Numbered from the stretch's first letter, positions 1 to 8,726 are shown. The stretch is DNA of 32,000 bases from Moraxella nasicaprae (GCF_025643275.1 NZ_CP089977.1:330001-362000); one strand, 5' to 3'. The notes: generated from the sequence alone by a model not told the origin. A program made the numbers and translations.

Positions 1-2
1 TG

Positions 3-34
3 AAAAAAACACCCACCAAAGTGAGTGTTTTTTT
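3..34 (-). terminator. Intrinsic terminator downstream of the RND efflux operon
   Basis: Stem ACACCCAC (9-16) pairs with GTGAGTGT (21-28) with one mismatch and a 4-nt loop. It is flanked by an A7 run (3-9) and a T7 run (28-34). On the minus strand the stem is followed by the T-run, 6 nt after the stop of the 40..1659 gene. Confidence 0.7.
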
Positions 35-39
35 GAAGA

Positions 40-1659
40 TTATCGAGCTGATTGGGTTGGCTGAGCGATATTAGGCACTGGCTCTGGGGCTGGTTGGGCG
101 ATTTTTGGTTGTTCATCGCTTTCAACCACCTTAGATTCAATGACAATCGGTTCTGACGATTGACTTTGATTTGCCAGATTTGCCGTACGCATTGCGTTTT
201 TTTGCGTTTCAAATTCAGCAATTTGGTCAGCCGTCAGGCTAGCACCACCACCCAACGCTTGATATAGCTGGACTTGGCTGAGTGCTTTTTGTAGCTCCAA
301 CTGCAAAATCCCCTGCTGATTGGCAAACAAGGTACGCTCTGCATCAAGCACATTAAGATAATTATCCAAACCTGCACGGAATCTGGCGTGTGCGATATTA
401 TAGGTTTGTTGATAATTTTTTTGTAGCTTGTATTGCGATTCTAATTGATGACCAAGGGTTGCACGCACAGCCAGCACATCAGCCACTTCTTTAAAGGCGG
501 TTTGAATTGCCTTTTCATAAGAGACCAAAGCACTCTTTTGAGCGATTTGTGCCATTTCATAATTAGCACGGCGATTGCCTGCGTCAAAAATTGGCAGACT
601 AATGCTTGGTCCTAATGACCAGCCCAATGCACTACTGCTAATCAAATCACTCAAACTACTACTGCCCAAGCCTACGCTGGTGGACAGCGAGATTGATGGG
701 AAGTAAGCAGCACGAGCCACATTGATGTTCGCACCAGCCGCTTTTAGAGCGTGTTCTGCTTGAACAATATCAGGACGATAATACAGCAATTCGCTAGGCA
801 ATCCTGTGCTAAACAGCGTTTGTGTCGTGATGTTGTTCACCGCCATTTCTGGCAAAAGCTGATTTGGCACAGGTGTGCCAAGTAATAACTGCAAGGCATT
901 GCGAGCTTGCAAGATACCAGTGTCAGCTGAATAGATTGCCAGCTTGGCAGCTTCCAGTGAGCTTTCAGCTTGCAGGCTTGGCGACTTAGAGTCAATGCCT
1001 GCACTAAAACGACGCTGAGTAATCATCAGCGAATGCTCACGAGTTTTTAGCGTTTCAACCGCTAATTGTCTTTGAGCAAGTGCGTAGCTTAGATTGACAT
1101 ACGCCTGCGCCACCGCAGAAATCAAAGAAATCTGCACCGAATCTTTGGCGGCGTTGGTTGCCAAAAAGTTGTGCAATGCCTGTTCTTTTTGACTGGCAAC
1201 CTTACCCCACAAATCAAGCTCATAGCTTGACATGGCAAGATTGACATTGTAGCCTGCCATCGAATTGGCATCGCCTGAACGAGCCGAACGAGTCGCTCCG
1301 CCAGCCAGACCCACTCTTGGTAGGTCGGCTGAATCAGTGATTTGATATTGTGCTTTGGCACTTTGAATGGCAAGCAAGGCTTTTTGTAAATCCTTGTTGT
1401 TTTCCAAAGCCAGCTCAATCAATGATTTTAGCTTAGGGTCAGCATAAAACTCCTGCCAACGCATTGAGGCAACACTGGGTGCCTCAGCAACGCTGATGGT
1501 CTCATTATCAAGCACAGGATAGCTGCTGTCCAAAGCAACATTTGGCACTGCCAAAATTGGCGTACTGGTGTCCAGCTTCTTTGGAATACTGCTGCACGCA
1601 GCCATCGCAAGGCTCAATGCTGATAGCGTCAATGTACGCAACATTTGATTTGTTTTCAT
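40..1659 (-). CDS. RND efflux outer membrane factor lipoprotein (NodT/OprM/AdeK family)
   Basis: The ORF-track frame 40..1758 is trimmed to the internal ATG at 1659 (MKTNQMLRTLTLSALSLAMAAC). This gives a lipoprotein signal with lipobox LAMAAC and removes the overlap with the upstream permease, whose stop is at 1664-1666. Family motifs are present, including YYRPDIVQAEHAL, NINVARAAYFPSISL and LYQALGGG. It is the last gene of the MFP-RND-OMF operon. Confidence 0.9.
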   Translation of the reverse strand: MKTNQMLRTLTLSALSLAMAACSSIPKKLDTSTPILAVPNVALDSSYPVLDNETISVAEAPSVASMRWQEFYADPKLKSLIELALENNKDLQKALLAIQSAKAQYQITDSADLPRVGLAGGATRSARSGDANSMAGYNVNLAMSSYELDLWGKVASQKEQALHNFLATNAAKDSVQISLISAVAQAYVNLSYALAQRQLAVETLKTREHSLMITQRRFSAGIDSKSPSLQAESSLEAAKLAIYSADTGILQARNALQLLLGTPVPNQLLPEMAVNNITTQTLFSTGLPSELLYYRPDIVQAEHALKAAGANINVARAAYFPSISLSTSVGLGSSSLSDLISSSALGWSLGPSISLPIFDAGNRRANYEMAQIAQKSALVSYEKAIQTAFKEVADVLAVRATLGHQLESQYKLQKNYQQTYNIAHARFRAGLDNYLNVLDAERTLFANQQGILQLELQKALSQVQLYQALGGGASLTADQIAEFETQKNAMRTANLANQSQSSEPIVIESKVVESDEQPKIAQPAPEPVPNIAQPTQSAR

Positions 1660-1663
1660 TGAA

Positions 1664-4600
1664 TCAGTCCTTATATTGAGCGGTGGCGGTTTTGGTGGTC
1701 GCCTTGTACGGGAAGATGGTACGAATCCACACATAGAACATTGGGATAAAGAATACACCCAGCAAGGTTGCTGAAATTACCCCACCCACAACGCTTGTAC
1801 CAACCGCATTTTGGCTGCCTGAGCCAGCACCTGTCGCCAGATACAATGGCACAACACCCATACCAAAGGCAAGCGATGTCATGATAATCGGACGCAAACG
1901 CATACGAGCCGCCATCATCACAGATTCTTTCAAAGATTTACCAGACTCTTGTAATTCTTTGGCAAACTCAATAATCAAAATGGCGTTCTTGGCAGACAGA
2001 CCTACGACCGTCAATAGACCAACCTGTAAGTACACATCATTTGCCAAACCTTTAAATGCCGTTAATAGCACTGCACCCAAGACACCCAGCGGAATAACCA
2101 ACAGCACCGAGAATGGCACAGACCAGCTTTCGTACAATGCCGCCAAGCACAAGAATACCACTAGGATTGATAAGGCATACAATAGCGGTGCTTGACCGCC
2201 CGATAATTTTTCTTGAAGTGACAAACCTGTCCATTCATAGCTGATACCATCAGGCAGCTGAGCAACCAGATTTTCCATCGCAGCCATCGCCTCACCCGTA
2301 CTCTTACCTGGTGCTGCTCCGCCTGTTAATGCCATAGATGACAAGCCGTTATAACGGGTCAGGCTTGGACTACCGTACTCCCAACGACTAGACGCAAACG
2401 CATTTAGGCTAACCATCTCGCCTGCGTTATTGCGTACATACCATTTGCCAATATCTTCTGGTACGACACGGCTATCTGGATTGCCTTGCATATAGACTTT
2501 TTTGATACGACCACGGTCGATGAAGTCATTCACATAGCTACCGCCCCATGCTTGTGCCAATGTGGCATTGATGGCTGAGATTGATACGCCATAAGCAGAG
2601 GCTTGTTCTTGATTGATGTCCACTTTTAGCTTAGGAGAATCCTCCTGACCGTTTGGACGAATAGATGCAATGGCTGGGTCTTGCATTGCCATACCCATCA
2701 ACATATTGCGAGCTTCTAGCAATTTTTCATGCCCCACGCCGCCAGCATCTTGTAACTGCAATTCAAAACCACTGGCGTTACCAAAACCTTGAATGGCTGG
2801 TGGTGCCATTGGGAAAATCAAACTGGCCTCTGGAATCATCATATTTAGTGCCATTGCACGACCAGCAATCGCTTGGGCGGAATTTTCCTTACCAGTACGA
2901 GCCTCCCAATCTTTTAGCTTCACGAATGCCATACCAGCATTTTGACCACTACCCATAAAGCTAAAACCAGAAATGGTAAATACCGATTCGATATTTTTCT
3001 CTTCTTGGCTTTGGTAGTAACCAGCCAGCTTGTCCATCACTTGATTGGTTTGATTAAGCGTTGAGCCAGGTGGTAGTTGCACCAAAGTCATCACAGAACC
3101 TTGGTCTTCTTCTGGCACGAACGAGCTTGGCAATTTCATAAAGACAAAGCCCATGCCACCAACGATGAGTGCATAAACCAACAAATACACCAATTTGGCA
3201 GAATAAGTCTTGCCCACAAAACTTTCGTATTTTTGACTGGCTTTATAAAACGCACGGTTAAACCAACCAAAAAAGCCTTTTTGGCTATGAATATCATGAT
3301 GCTTTTTGCGTTTTAGAATGGTGGCACAAAGTGCAGGTGTGAACACCAAAGCAATCACGGCTGACAACATCATACTGGTAATCAAAGTTACCGCAAACTG
3401 ACGATAAATTACCCCTGTTGAACCGCCAAAGAAAATCATCGGTACAAAGACTACTGACAGAATCAACGCAATACCAATGATGACTCGGGTAATCTCGCCC
3501 ATCGATTGTATGGTTGCGTCAAACACTGAGATATCAGCATTTTCTTCTAAGATACGCTCCACATTCTCCACGACAACAATAGCATCATCGACAAGCAAAC
3601 CAATGGCAAGCACCATCGCAAACATCGTCAAAATATTGATGCTATAACCAAGCAAACCAAGCACAGCAAAAGTACCCAAAATAACCACAGGTACTGCCAA
3701 AGTTGGAATGATGGTGGCACGCCAGTTTTGTAGGAACAAGAACATGACTAGGAAAACCAGCACCACCGCCTCAATCAGCGTCTTGACCACTTGCGTGATT
3801 GACAAACGTACAAATGGCGTGGTGTCATAAGGCACAAACATACTTAGACCCTGAGGGAAATTGTGAGACAACTGATTTAATCTTGCCTCAACCGCCTCAC
3901 GAGTTTCCAAGGCATTTGCACCAGGTGACAGCATGATTGCCACACCAGAAGCTGCCTTGCCATTATACTGAGCTCTAAATTGATAGTTTTCACTACCCAC
4001 TTCCACATCAGCCACATCGCCAATGCGAACTTTTGCCCCTGATGCGTCTGTTTTTAGAAGAATGTTTTTAAACTCTTCGGCAGTTTGCATATAGCTTTGA
4101 ACACTAACGGTGGCATTGATAACCGCACGATCTTGCTTGGTTGGTAGTGTTGCCAACTGACCTGCTGACACCTGCACATTTTGTGCTTGGATAGCAGTGG
4201 AAACATCGGCTGGTACTAAACCATAAGCACGCAGTTTTTGAGGGTCAAGCCAAATTCGCATCGCATAAGGCTCACCAAACACATTGATACTACCCACACC
4301 TTCAACACGGCTTAGCGGATCAACAATATTGGTGTTAATATAGTCAGCGATGTCGGTTTGGTCCATCTTACCATCTTCTGATGAAAAACCTGCCACCATC
4401 AAAAAGTCACTAGACGACTTTTGAACAGTCACACCCATTCTTTGTACCATTTCTGGTAATGAACTGGTGGCTGATTGTAGCTTGTTTTGGACTTGAACCT
4501 GAGCAGTATCAGGGTCTGTACCATTTTCAAAAGTCAAGGTCACAGAAGCAGTACCTGTTGATGACGAATTTGATGACATATACATCAAACCGTCCAAGCC

Positions 4601-4810
4601 TTTCATCTGTTGTTCAATGACTTGGGTAACAGAGTTTTCAATGGTCTCAGCATCTGCACCAGGATAAACGGCATTGACAGAGATGGTCGGTGGGGCAATC
4701 TGTGGGTATTGCTCAATCGGCAAACCACGAATGGATAAAATACCCACCAACATAATCAAAATGGCAATCACCCATGCAAAAATGGGTCTTTGAATAAAAT
4801 AACGAACCAT
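1664..4810 (-). CDS. RND multidrug efflux permease (AcrB/MexB/AdeJ family, HAE1)
   Basis: 1048 aa. The N-terminus MVRYFIQRPIFAWVIAILIM is typical of AcrB-like pumps. It has the 12-TM plus two large periplasmic loop architecture and conserved segments such as AIGLLVDDAIVVVENVER and KNAILIIEFA. It lies 16 nt after the MFP gene and 4 nt before the OMF gene. Confidence 0.95.
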   Translation of the reverse strand: MVRYFIQRPIFAWVIAILIMLVGILSIRGLPIEQYPQIAPPTISVNAVYPGADAETIENSVTQVIEQQMKGLDGLMYMSSNSSSTGTASVTLTFENGTDPDTAQVQVQNKLQSATSSLPEMVQRMGVTVQKSSSDFLMVAGFSSEDGKMDQTDIADYINTNIVDPLSRVEGVGSINVFGEPYAMRIWLDPQKLRAYGLVPADVSTAIQAQNVQVSAGQLATLPTKQDRAVINATVSVQSYMQTAEEFKNILLKTDASGAKVRIGDVADVEVGSENYQFRAQYNGKAASGVAIMLSPGANALETREAVEARLNQLSHNFPQGLSMFVPYDTTPFVRLSITQVVKTLIEAVVLVFLVMFLFLQNWRATIIPTLAVPVVILGTFAVLGLLGYSINILTMFAMVLAIGLLVDDAIVVVENVERILEENADISVFDATIQSMGEITRVIIGIALILSVVFVPMIFFGGSTGVIYRQFAVTLITSMMLSAVIALVFTPALCATILKRKKHHDIHSQKGFFGWFNRAFYKASQKYESFVGKTYSAKLVYLLVYALIVGGMGFVFMKLPSSFVPEEDQGSVMTLVQLPPGSTLNQTNQVMDKLAGYYQSQEEKNIESVFTISGFSFMGSGQNAGMAFVKLKDWEARTGKENSAQAIAGRAMALNMMIPEASLIFPMAPPAIQGFGNASGFELQLQDAGGVGHEKLLEARNMLMGMAMQDPAIASIRPNGQEDSPKLKVDINQEQASAYGVSISAINATLAQAWGGSYVNDFIDRGRIKKVYMQGNPDSRVVPEDIGKWYVRNNAGEMVSLNAFASSRWEYGSPSLTRYNGLSSMALTGGAAPGKSTGEAMAAMENLVAQLPDGISYEWTGLSLQEKLSGGQAPLLYALSILVVFLCLAALYESWSVPFSVLLVIPLGVLGAVLLTAFKGLANDVYLQVGLLTVVGLSAKNAILIIEFAKELQESGKSLKESVMMAARMRLRPIIMTSLAFGMGVVPLYLATGAGSGSQNAVGTSVVGGVISATLLGVFFIPMFYVWIRTIFPYKATTKTATAQYKD

Positions 4811-4826
4811 ATCTCACCCTTGCCAA

Positions 4827-6275
4827 TTATTGCTGTGCTGGCTGATTTTCAGCCTGCTCTTGTGGGCGAGCCATTGGTACAGCTTGTTTGGCTGCTGGCT
4901 CAGTTCGTTGTTGTGCTTGTGGAGCAGGAGCCGCTGGGGCTGCCTGTGCAGGAGCGACTGGGGCAGCACCTGCTGATGCGTTTGCCTCCAAACTGGCTGG
5001 CGGCAACTCTTTGACATCAACCTCTTGGTCTGGTTTGACTTTTGCCCCGCCAATCACCACCACACGGTCGCCATTGGCAATGCCACTGGTTACAATCCAG
5101 TTGCCATTATAAGTGCCAGCCGTTTGAACATTTCGCACTTCGATTTTGTTTTGGGCATTAACCACATAAAGCTGGGTTTCGCCTTTTGGTGTACGCATGA
5201 TTGCTGTTTGTGGTAATAAAGCAGCACTATGCACCACTGACTGAATCAAACGAGCATTGACATACATACCTGGTACCAACACTTCGTTTGGGTTTGGAAA
5301 TACTGCACGCAAGGTCATTGCCCCTGTCGCTTTATCCACTTTGGCGTCCGCCAATGTCAAACGACCAATCATCGGATAAGTCTGACCATCTTCTAGCACA
5401 AGCTGAACTTCGGCACTGCCACGACCTGCTTTGCCAGATTCGATTTGCTCACGCAAACGCAACATCTCAGTCGATGATTGGCTGATGTCCACAAACACCT
5501 GATTGGTGCGAGTGATGGTCACCAGTGGTGTTGCCTGATTTGCCGCCACTAACGCACCTGCGGTTACTGCTGAAATGCCTGCATAGCCACTGATTGGTGC
5601 TTTGACGATGGTGCGATTTAAATCCAGCGTACTGGCATCAAGATTTGCCTTAGCACTATCAACTGATGACATTGCCCCTTGAATGGACGAATCCGCCTGA
5701 GCCACAGCTGCACGAGCCGCCTCAACGCCCGCCTCTGCGGTACGCACTGCGGTTACCGCTTGGTCGTATTGCTGACGAGAAATCGCTTCTACTTCTAGCA
5801 AACCATCAAGACGAGCCAAGTCTGCTTTTGCTTGTTTTAGCTGAGCTTCTTGGGCAAGTAGATTTGCCTGCGATGAGGCTTTGGCAGCTTGGGCATTTTG
5901 GACAGCTGACTGAGCATTTTGAATGGCTGCCTCACCTGCACGAATTTGGCTGGTATAGCTATCCACATTGATGCGATACAAAGGCTGACCTGCTTGCACA
6001 TAACTGCCTTCACGGAATAGCACTTCATCAATGATGCCTGTCACCTGTGGGCGTACATCAGAACTTTCGATAGCCGCCACACGACCTGAGAAGGTCTGAA
6101 TCACAGGCACAGGTTGCAGATTGATGGTTTGCACATTGACCACAGCTTTTGGCATTTGTTGTTGTGCCGCTGCCGCCGCTTGTGCCGCCTGTTCATCTTT
6201 GCCACAGGCGGACAATCCAGCAACCATACCTGCCATCACAGATGCCATCATGACTGCTTGTAATTTTAGTTTCAT
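4827..6275 (-). CDS. RND efflux membrane fusion (periplasmic adaptor) lipoprotein (AcrA/MexA/AdeI family)
   Basis: 482 aa. The lipoprotein signal is MKLKLQAVMMASVMAGMVAGLSAC (lipobox LSAC). It has a lipoyl/beta-barrel core (GRVAAIESSDVRPQVTGII, GQPLYRI, TIVKAPISGY), a long Ala/Gln-rich coiled-coil hairpin and an Ala/Pro/Gln C-terminal tail. It is the first gene of the operon. Confidence 0.9.
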   Translation of the reverse strand: MKLKLQAVMMASVMAGMVAGLSACGKDEQAAQAAAAAQQQMPKAVVNVQTINLQPVPVIQTFSGRVAAIESSDVRPQVTGIIDEVLFREGSYVQAGQPLYRINVDSYTSQIRAGEAAIQNAQSAVQNAQAAKASSQANLLAQEAQLKQAKADLARLDGLLEVEAISRQQYDQAVTAVRTAEAGVEAARAAVAQADSSIQGAMSSVDSAKANLDASTLDLNRTIVKAPISGYAGISAVTAGALVAANQATPLVTITRTNQVFVDISQSSTEMLRLREQIESGKAGRGSAEVQLVLEDGQTYPMIGRLTLADAKVDKATGAMTLRAVFPNPNEVLVPGMYVNARLIQSVVHSAALLPQTAIMRTPKGETQLYVVNAQNKIEVRNVQTAGTYNGNWIVTSGIANGDRVVVIGGAKVKPDQEVDVKELPPASLEANASAGAAPVAPAQAAPAAPAPQAQQRTEPAAKQAVPMARPQEQAENQPAQQ

Positions 6276-6683
6276 AATTTACCTATGTATTAGTTTGCGT
6301 TGATACAGATAAAAATGATTTTATTAAATTTTAAGGCTTTGACTGCTCAATCTTTGACAATCAATTCAAGCAAAACCTTAAAACCCAAAAATCTGATTGA
6401 CAGCTCAGTAATAAAACAACTTCATCATGATGTCCATCAATCATGCGTTTAACCATTGACACACTTTTGATATATCAATCAACCAAAATTTGATTATAAA
6501 TTTTAATATTTTTATTCATCAATTTTGGTGTACGATTGCTAACACAAAAATAAAATGGCTAACAGACTATTATACTGAAAAATCCCAAAAAATAAGTAAT
6601 TTTTTTTACTCCATCGTCCACAAAAATCACTTGATTTATCAGAAAAATTGTGTACAAAGTACGCACGAAAAACATTTTTTGAA

Positions 6684-6738
6684 TTTTTTTTATAAAATTG
6701 AAAAAAATGCTTGTATTTTTGAAATTTTTTGGTAATAT
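6684..6738 (+). promoter_or_regulatory. Putative sigma70 promoter of the tRNA-Cys/tRNA-Leu operon with an A/T-tract UP-like element
   Basis: The -35 is TTGTAT (6711-6716), followed by a 16-nt spacer and TGgTAATAT (6730-6738, extended -10). T8 and A7 tracts lie upstream at 6684-6707. The mature tRNA 5' end is 15 nt downstream. Confidence 0.5.
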
Positions 6739-6752
6739 ATCGCACATTGATT

Positions 6753-6826
6753 GGCTGGATGGCAGAGTGGTCATGCAGCGGACTGCAACTCCGTGTACGC
6801 CGGTTCGATTCCGACTCCAGCCTCCA
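6753..6826 (+). tRNA. tRNA-Cys (anticodon GCA)
   Basis: A 74-nt cloverleaf was read by eye. The acceptor stem is GGCTGGA/TCCAGCC. The anticodon stem GCGGA/TCCGT carries loop CTGCAAC, giving anticodon GCA. The T-arm is GCCGG TTCGATT CCGAC and there is an encoded CCA. Confidence 0.9.
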
Positions 6827-6833
6827 ATTCTTT

Positions 6834-6920
6834 GCCCGGGTGGTGAAATTGGTAGACACAAGGGATTTAAAATCCCTCGCTCTTTTGAGCGTGCCGGTTC
6901 AAGTCCGGCCCCGGGCACCA
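6834..6920 (+). tRNA. tRNA-Leu (anticodon UAA), class II with long variable arm
   Basis: 87 nt. The acceptor stem is GCCCGGG/CCCGGGC. The anticodon stem AGGGA/TCCCT carries loop TTTAAAA, giving anticodon TAA. The variable arm is GCTC-TTTT-GAGC, the T-arm is GCCGG TTCAAGT CCGGC, and there is an encoded CCA. It lies 7 nt after tRNA-Cys, the same Cys-Leu(UAA) adjacency as E. coli cysT-leuZ. Confidence 0.9.
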
Positions 6921-6926
6921 CCTATT

Positions 6927-6955
6927 AAAGCCTTGATGATTCAAGGCTTTTTTAT
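6927..6955 (+). terminator. Intrinsic terminator of the tRNA operon
   Basis: A perfect 10-bp stem pairs AAAGCCTTGA (6927-6936) with TCAAGGCTTT (6941-6950), with loop TGAT, followed by a T-run. Confidence 0.8.
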
Positions 6956-6993
6956 TTGCACCAAATAATCCCTCCACCATCAAGCTCATCATC

Positions 6994-7719
6994 TTATGAC
7001 ATGAGCGAAGCAATATCTCTGACATCATCAATCATCAGTACGCCATCATCAATCATCATAAAAGCAATATCCACCTGTTTGTACCGCATTGTAAATGACT
7101 CATTGCAGTGCGTCTGACGATAAGCAGGTCTTGGGTCTTGGGCAATGAGTGATTTGATGATTTTAATATCCGCCCAATCAAGATGACCCATCTGACAAAA
7201 TTGCTCAAACAAGGCTTGTGCTGCCTGCGTCATAAAAACAGGTTTGATGACTGGCGTGTCAATCTGCTCACTGCTTGCCGTCTGAATACTATCTGCAAAA
7301 GGCAGGTACGGCTTGACATCAACGATGGGCGTGCCGTCCGCCATGTCTGCTCCAATAATGTGCAACCTTGCCAATCCATCAACCACCTGCACGCCAGCAA
7401 GCTGCACCACTGACAACCCAAGCTGAGATGGTCTGTACATACTGCGAGTGGCAAACACACCCATTTTGGCATTACCGCCCAAGCGTGGCGGTCTGACTTG
7501 CGGACGAAAATTGGCTTGCTCACGATTATGATGAAACTGCCACATCACCCATAGATGGCTGTATCGCTCAATGCCCACAAATGCAGCTGGCGTACCAAAT
7601 GGCGACTCAAATTCGATGGTGCTTGGTACATCGACCAGATTGGGCTGTCTAGGAATACCAAATTTTTCACTCAATGGCGAGCGATGATAAGCAATGATGG
7701 GTAATTGTAAAAAATTCAT
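6994..7719 (-). CDS. trmO: tRNA (N6-threonylcarbamoyladenosine(37)-N6)-methyltransferase TrmO (YaeB/TsaA family)
   Basis: 241 aa. It is collinear with E. coli YaeB as I remember it, sharing FGIPRQP, SHLWVMWQFH, RPPRLGGNAKMGVFATRS, DGTPIVDVKPYLPFADS. Confidence 0.9.
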   Translation of the reverse strand: MNFLQLPIIAYHRSPLSEKFGIPRQPNLVDVPSTIEFESPFGTPAAFVGIERYSHLWVMWQFHHNREQANFRPQVRPPRLGGNAKMGVFATRSMYRPSQLGLSVVQLAGVQVVDGLARLHIIGADMADGTPIVDVKPYLPFADSIQTASSEQIDTPVIKPVFMTQAAQALFEQFCQMGHLDWADIKIIKSLIAQDPRPAYRQTHCNESFTMRYKQVDIAFMMIDDGVLMIDDVRDIASLMS

Positions 7720-7835
7720 GACAACCTAATCTTTTGTTCGTGTTGTTCTAATCAAAGCAAAACATATGAGCGTGGCATTATACCACACCCCATCCATGAA
7801 AATACGCAATGATTATGGCGAACCGTTCTCATTTA

Positions 7836-7844
7836 TGCTAAAAT
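7836..7844 (+). promoter_or_regulatory. Putative extended -10 promoter element (TGCTAAAAT) upstream of fpr
   Basis: TGnTAnAAT 9-mer located 95 nt upstream of the preferred fpr start. The same 9-mer class recurs upstream of ilvD, ppiB and the DUF2062 gene. Confidence 0.4.
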
Positions 7845-7938
7845 GATGGGTACTTATTCCAAAAATACCCTAACACATTTTGCCAAGCATCGCTATGATA
7901 GGTCAGATTTTTTGCGATTGCTTGTGATGAGGATTTTT

Positions 7939-8712
7939 ATGTCAAAATTCATTACCGAAACCGTTACCTATGTTCATCATTGGAATGACAGCCTATTTAC
8001 CATCAAGACCACTCGTGGCGACAGCTTGCGTTTTCGCAATGGCGAATTTGCCATGATTGGCATCATGGTGGACGGCAAGCCGTTGGCTCGTGCCTACTCC
8101 ATCGCCAGCCCAAACTGGGCAGAAGAATTGGAATTTTTTTCCATCAAAGTGCCAGATGGCCCACTAACCTCTCGCTTGCAGCATATTCAAGTTGGTGATG
8201 AACTCTTAATCAGCAAAAAACCCACAGGCACACTGGTGCTAGATGATTTGCTGCCTGGTAAGCATCTGTACATGCTGGCAACTGGTACAGGGCTTGCACC
8301 ATTTTTGTCATTATGCCGAGACCCAGAAGTCTATGAACGCTTTGATAAAGTGATTTTGGTACATGGCGTGCGTCATGTTGATGATTTGGCGTATCGTGAT
8401 TTCTTTGAAAACGAGCTGCCTAATGACGAGATTTTTGGCGAGTGGGTGCGTGAAAAATTCATCTATTACCCGACCGTCACTCGTGATGAATTTAAAAATA
8501 CAGGTCGTGTGACAGACTTGCTTAAATCGGGCAAGCTGTTTGAAGATATTGGACTACCACCCATCAATAAAGACGATGACCGTGTGATGATTTGTGGTAG
8601 CATGGCGATGAATGCAGACACCGCCGCCATCTTGGACGAGTTTGGCTTGACTGTATCGCCACGAATGGGTGAGCCTGCTGACTATGTGGTCGAAAGAGCC
8701 TTTGTTGGCTAA
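7939..8712 (+). CDS. fpr: Ferredoxin/flavodoxin-NADP+ reductase
   Basis: The ORF-track frame 7843..8712 is trimmed to the ATG at 7939 (MSKFITETVTYVHHWNDSLFT), which is preceded by GAGGA at 7927-7931. The 257-aa product is collinear with proteobacterial Fpr, sharing RAYSIAS, LEFFSIKVPDGPLTSRL, MLATGTGLAPF and the C-terminal VVERAFVG. Confidence 0.9.
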   Translation: MSKFITETVTYVHHWNDSLFTIKTTRGDSLRFRNGEFAMIGIMVDGKPLARAYSIASPNWAEELEFFSIKVPDGPLTSRLQHIQVGDELLISKKPTGTLVLDDLLPGKHLYMLATGTGLAPFLSLCRDPEVYERFDKVILVHGVRHVDDLAYRDFFENELPNDEIFGEWVREKFIYYPTVTRDEFKNTGRVTDLLKSGKLFEDIGLPPINKDDDRVMICGSMAMNADTAAILDEFGLTVSPRMGEPADYVVERAFVG

Positions 8713-8726
8713 TCTTCTTTAAAAAC

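Noticed and set aside
1660-1758. N-terminal 33-codon extension of the OMF ORF (MYSLSQCSMCGF...), as listed in the ORF track
   Set aside because: It overlaps the 3' end of the RND permease gene. The internal ATG at 1659 gives a canonical lipoprotein signal peptide just 4 nt after the permease stop.
4790-6303. Plus-strand ORFs (4790..5014, 4888..5112, 5025..5216, 5288..5485, 5666..5971, 6121..6303) and the alternative minus-frame ORFs 4814..5053 and 5837..6031, all within the adaptor gene
   Set aside because: They are composition artefacts of an Ala/Gln/Pro-rich (GC-rich codon) gene. Their products are low-complexity, have no start context, and lie entirely inside a well-supported CDS.
6490-6968. 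ORFs 6490..6735(+), 6539..6859(-), 6559..6921(-), 6698..6928(+) and 6729..6968(+)
   Set aside because: They run through AT-rich promoter DNA and across the two tRNA genes. The translated sequences are junk-like, and the tRNA cloverleaves explain the region.
6753-6993. The tRNA-Cys/tRNA-Leu locus as a possible genomic-island integration site
   Set aside because: There is no integrase. I did not spot a duplicated tRNA 3'-end repeat. The next gene is the housekeeping trmO, only about 70 bp beyond the tRNA terminator.
7843-7938. Long N-terminal extension of fpr (MMGTYSKNTLTHFAKH...), and similarly 14602..14712 for ppiB
   Set aside because: The homologues I know start at the internal Met. The internal starts have good Shine-Dalgarno sequences, and the extensions overlap the putative promoter elements.
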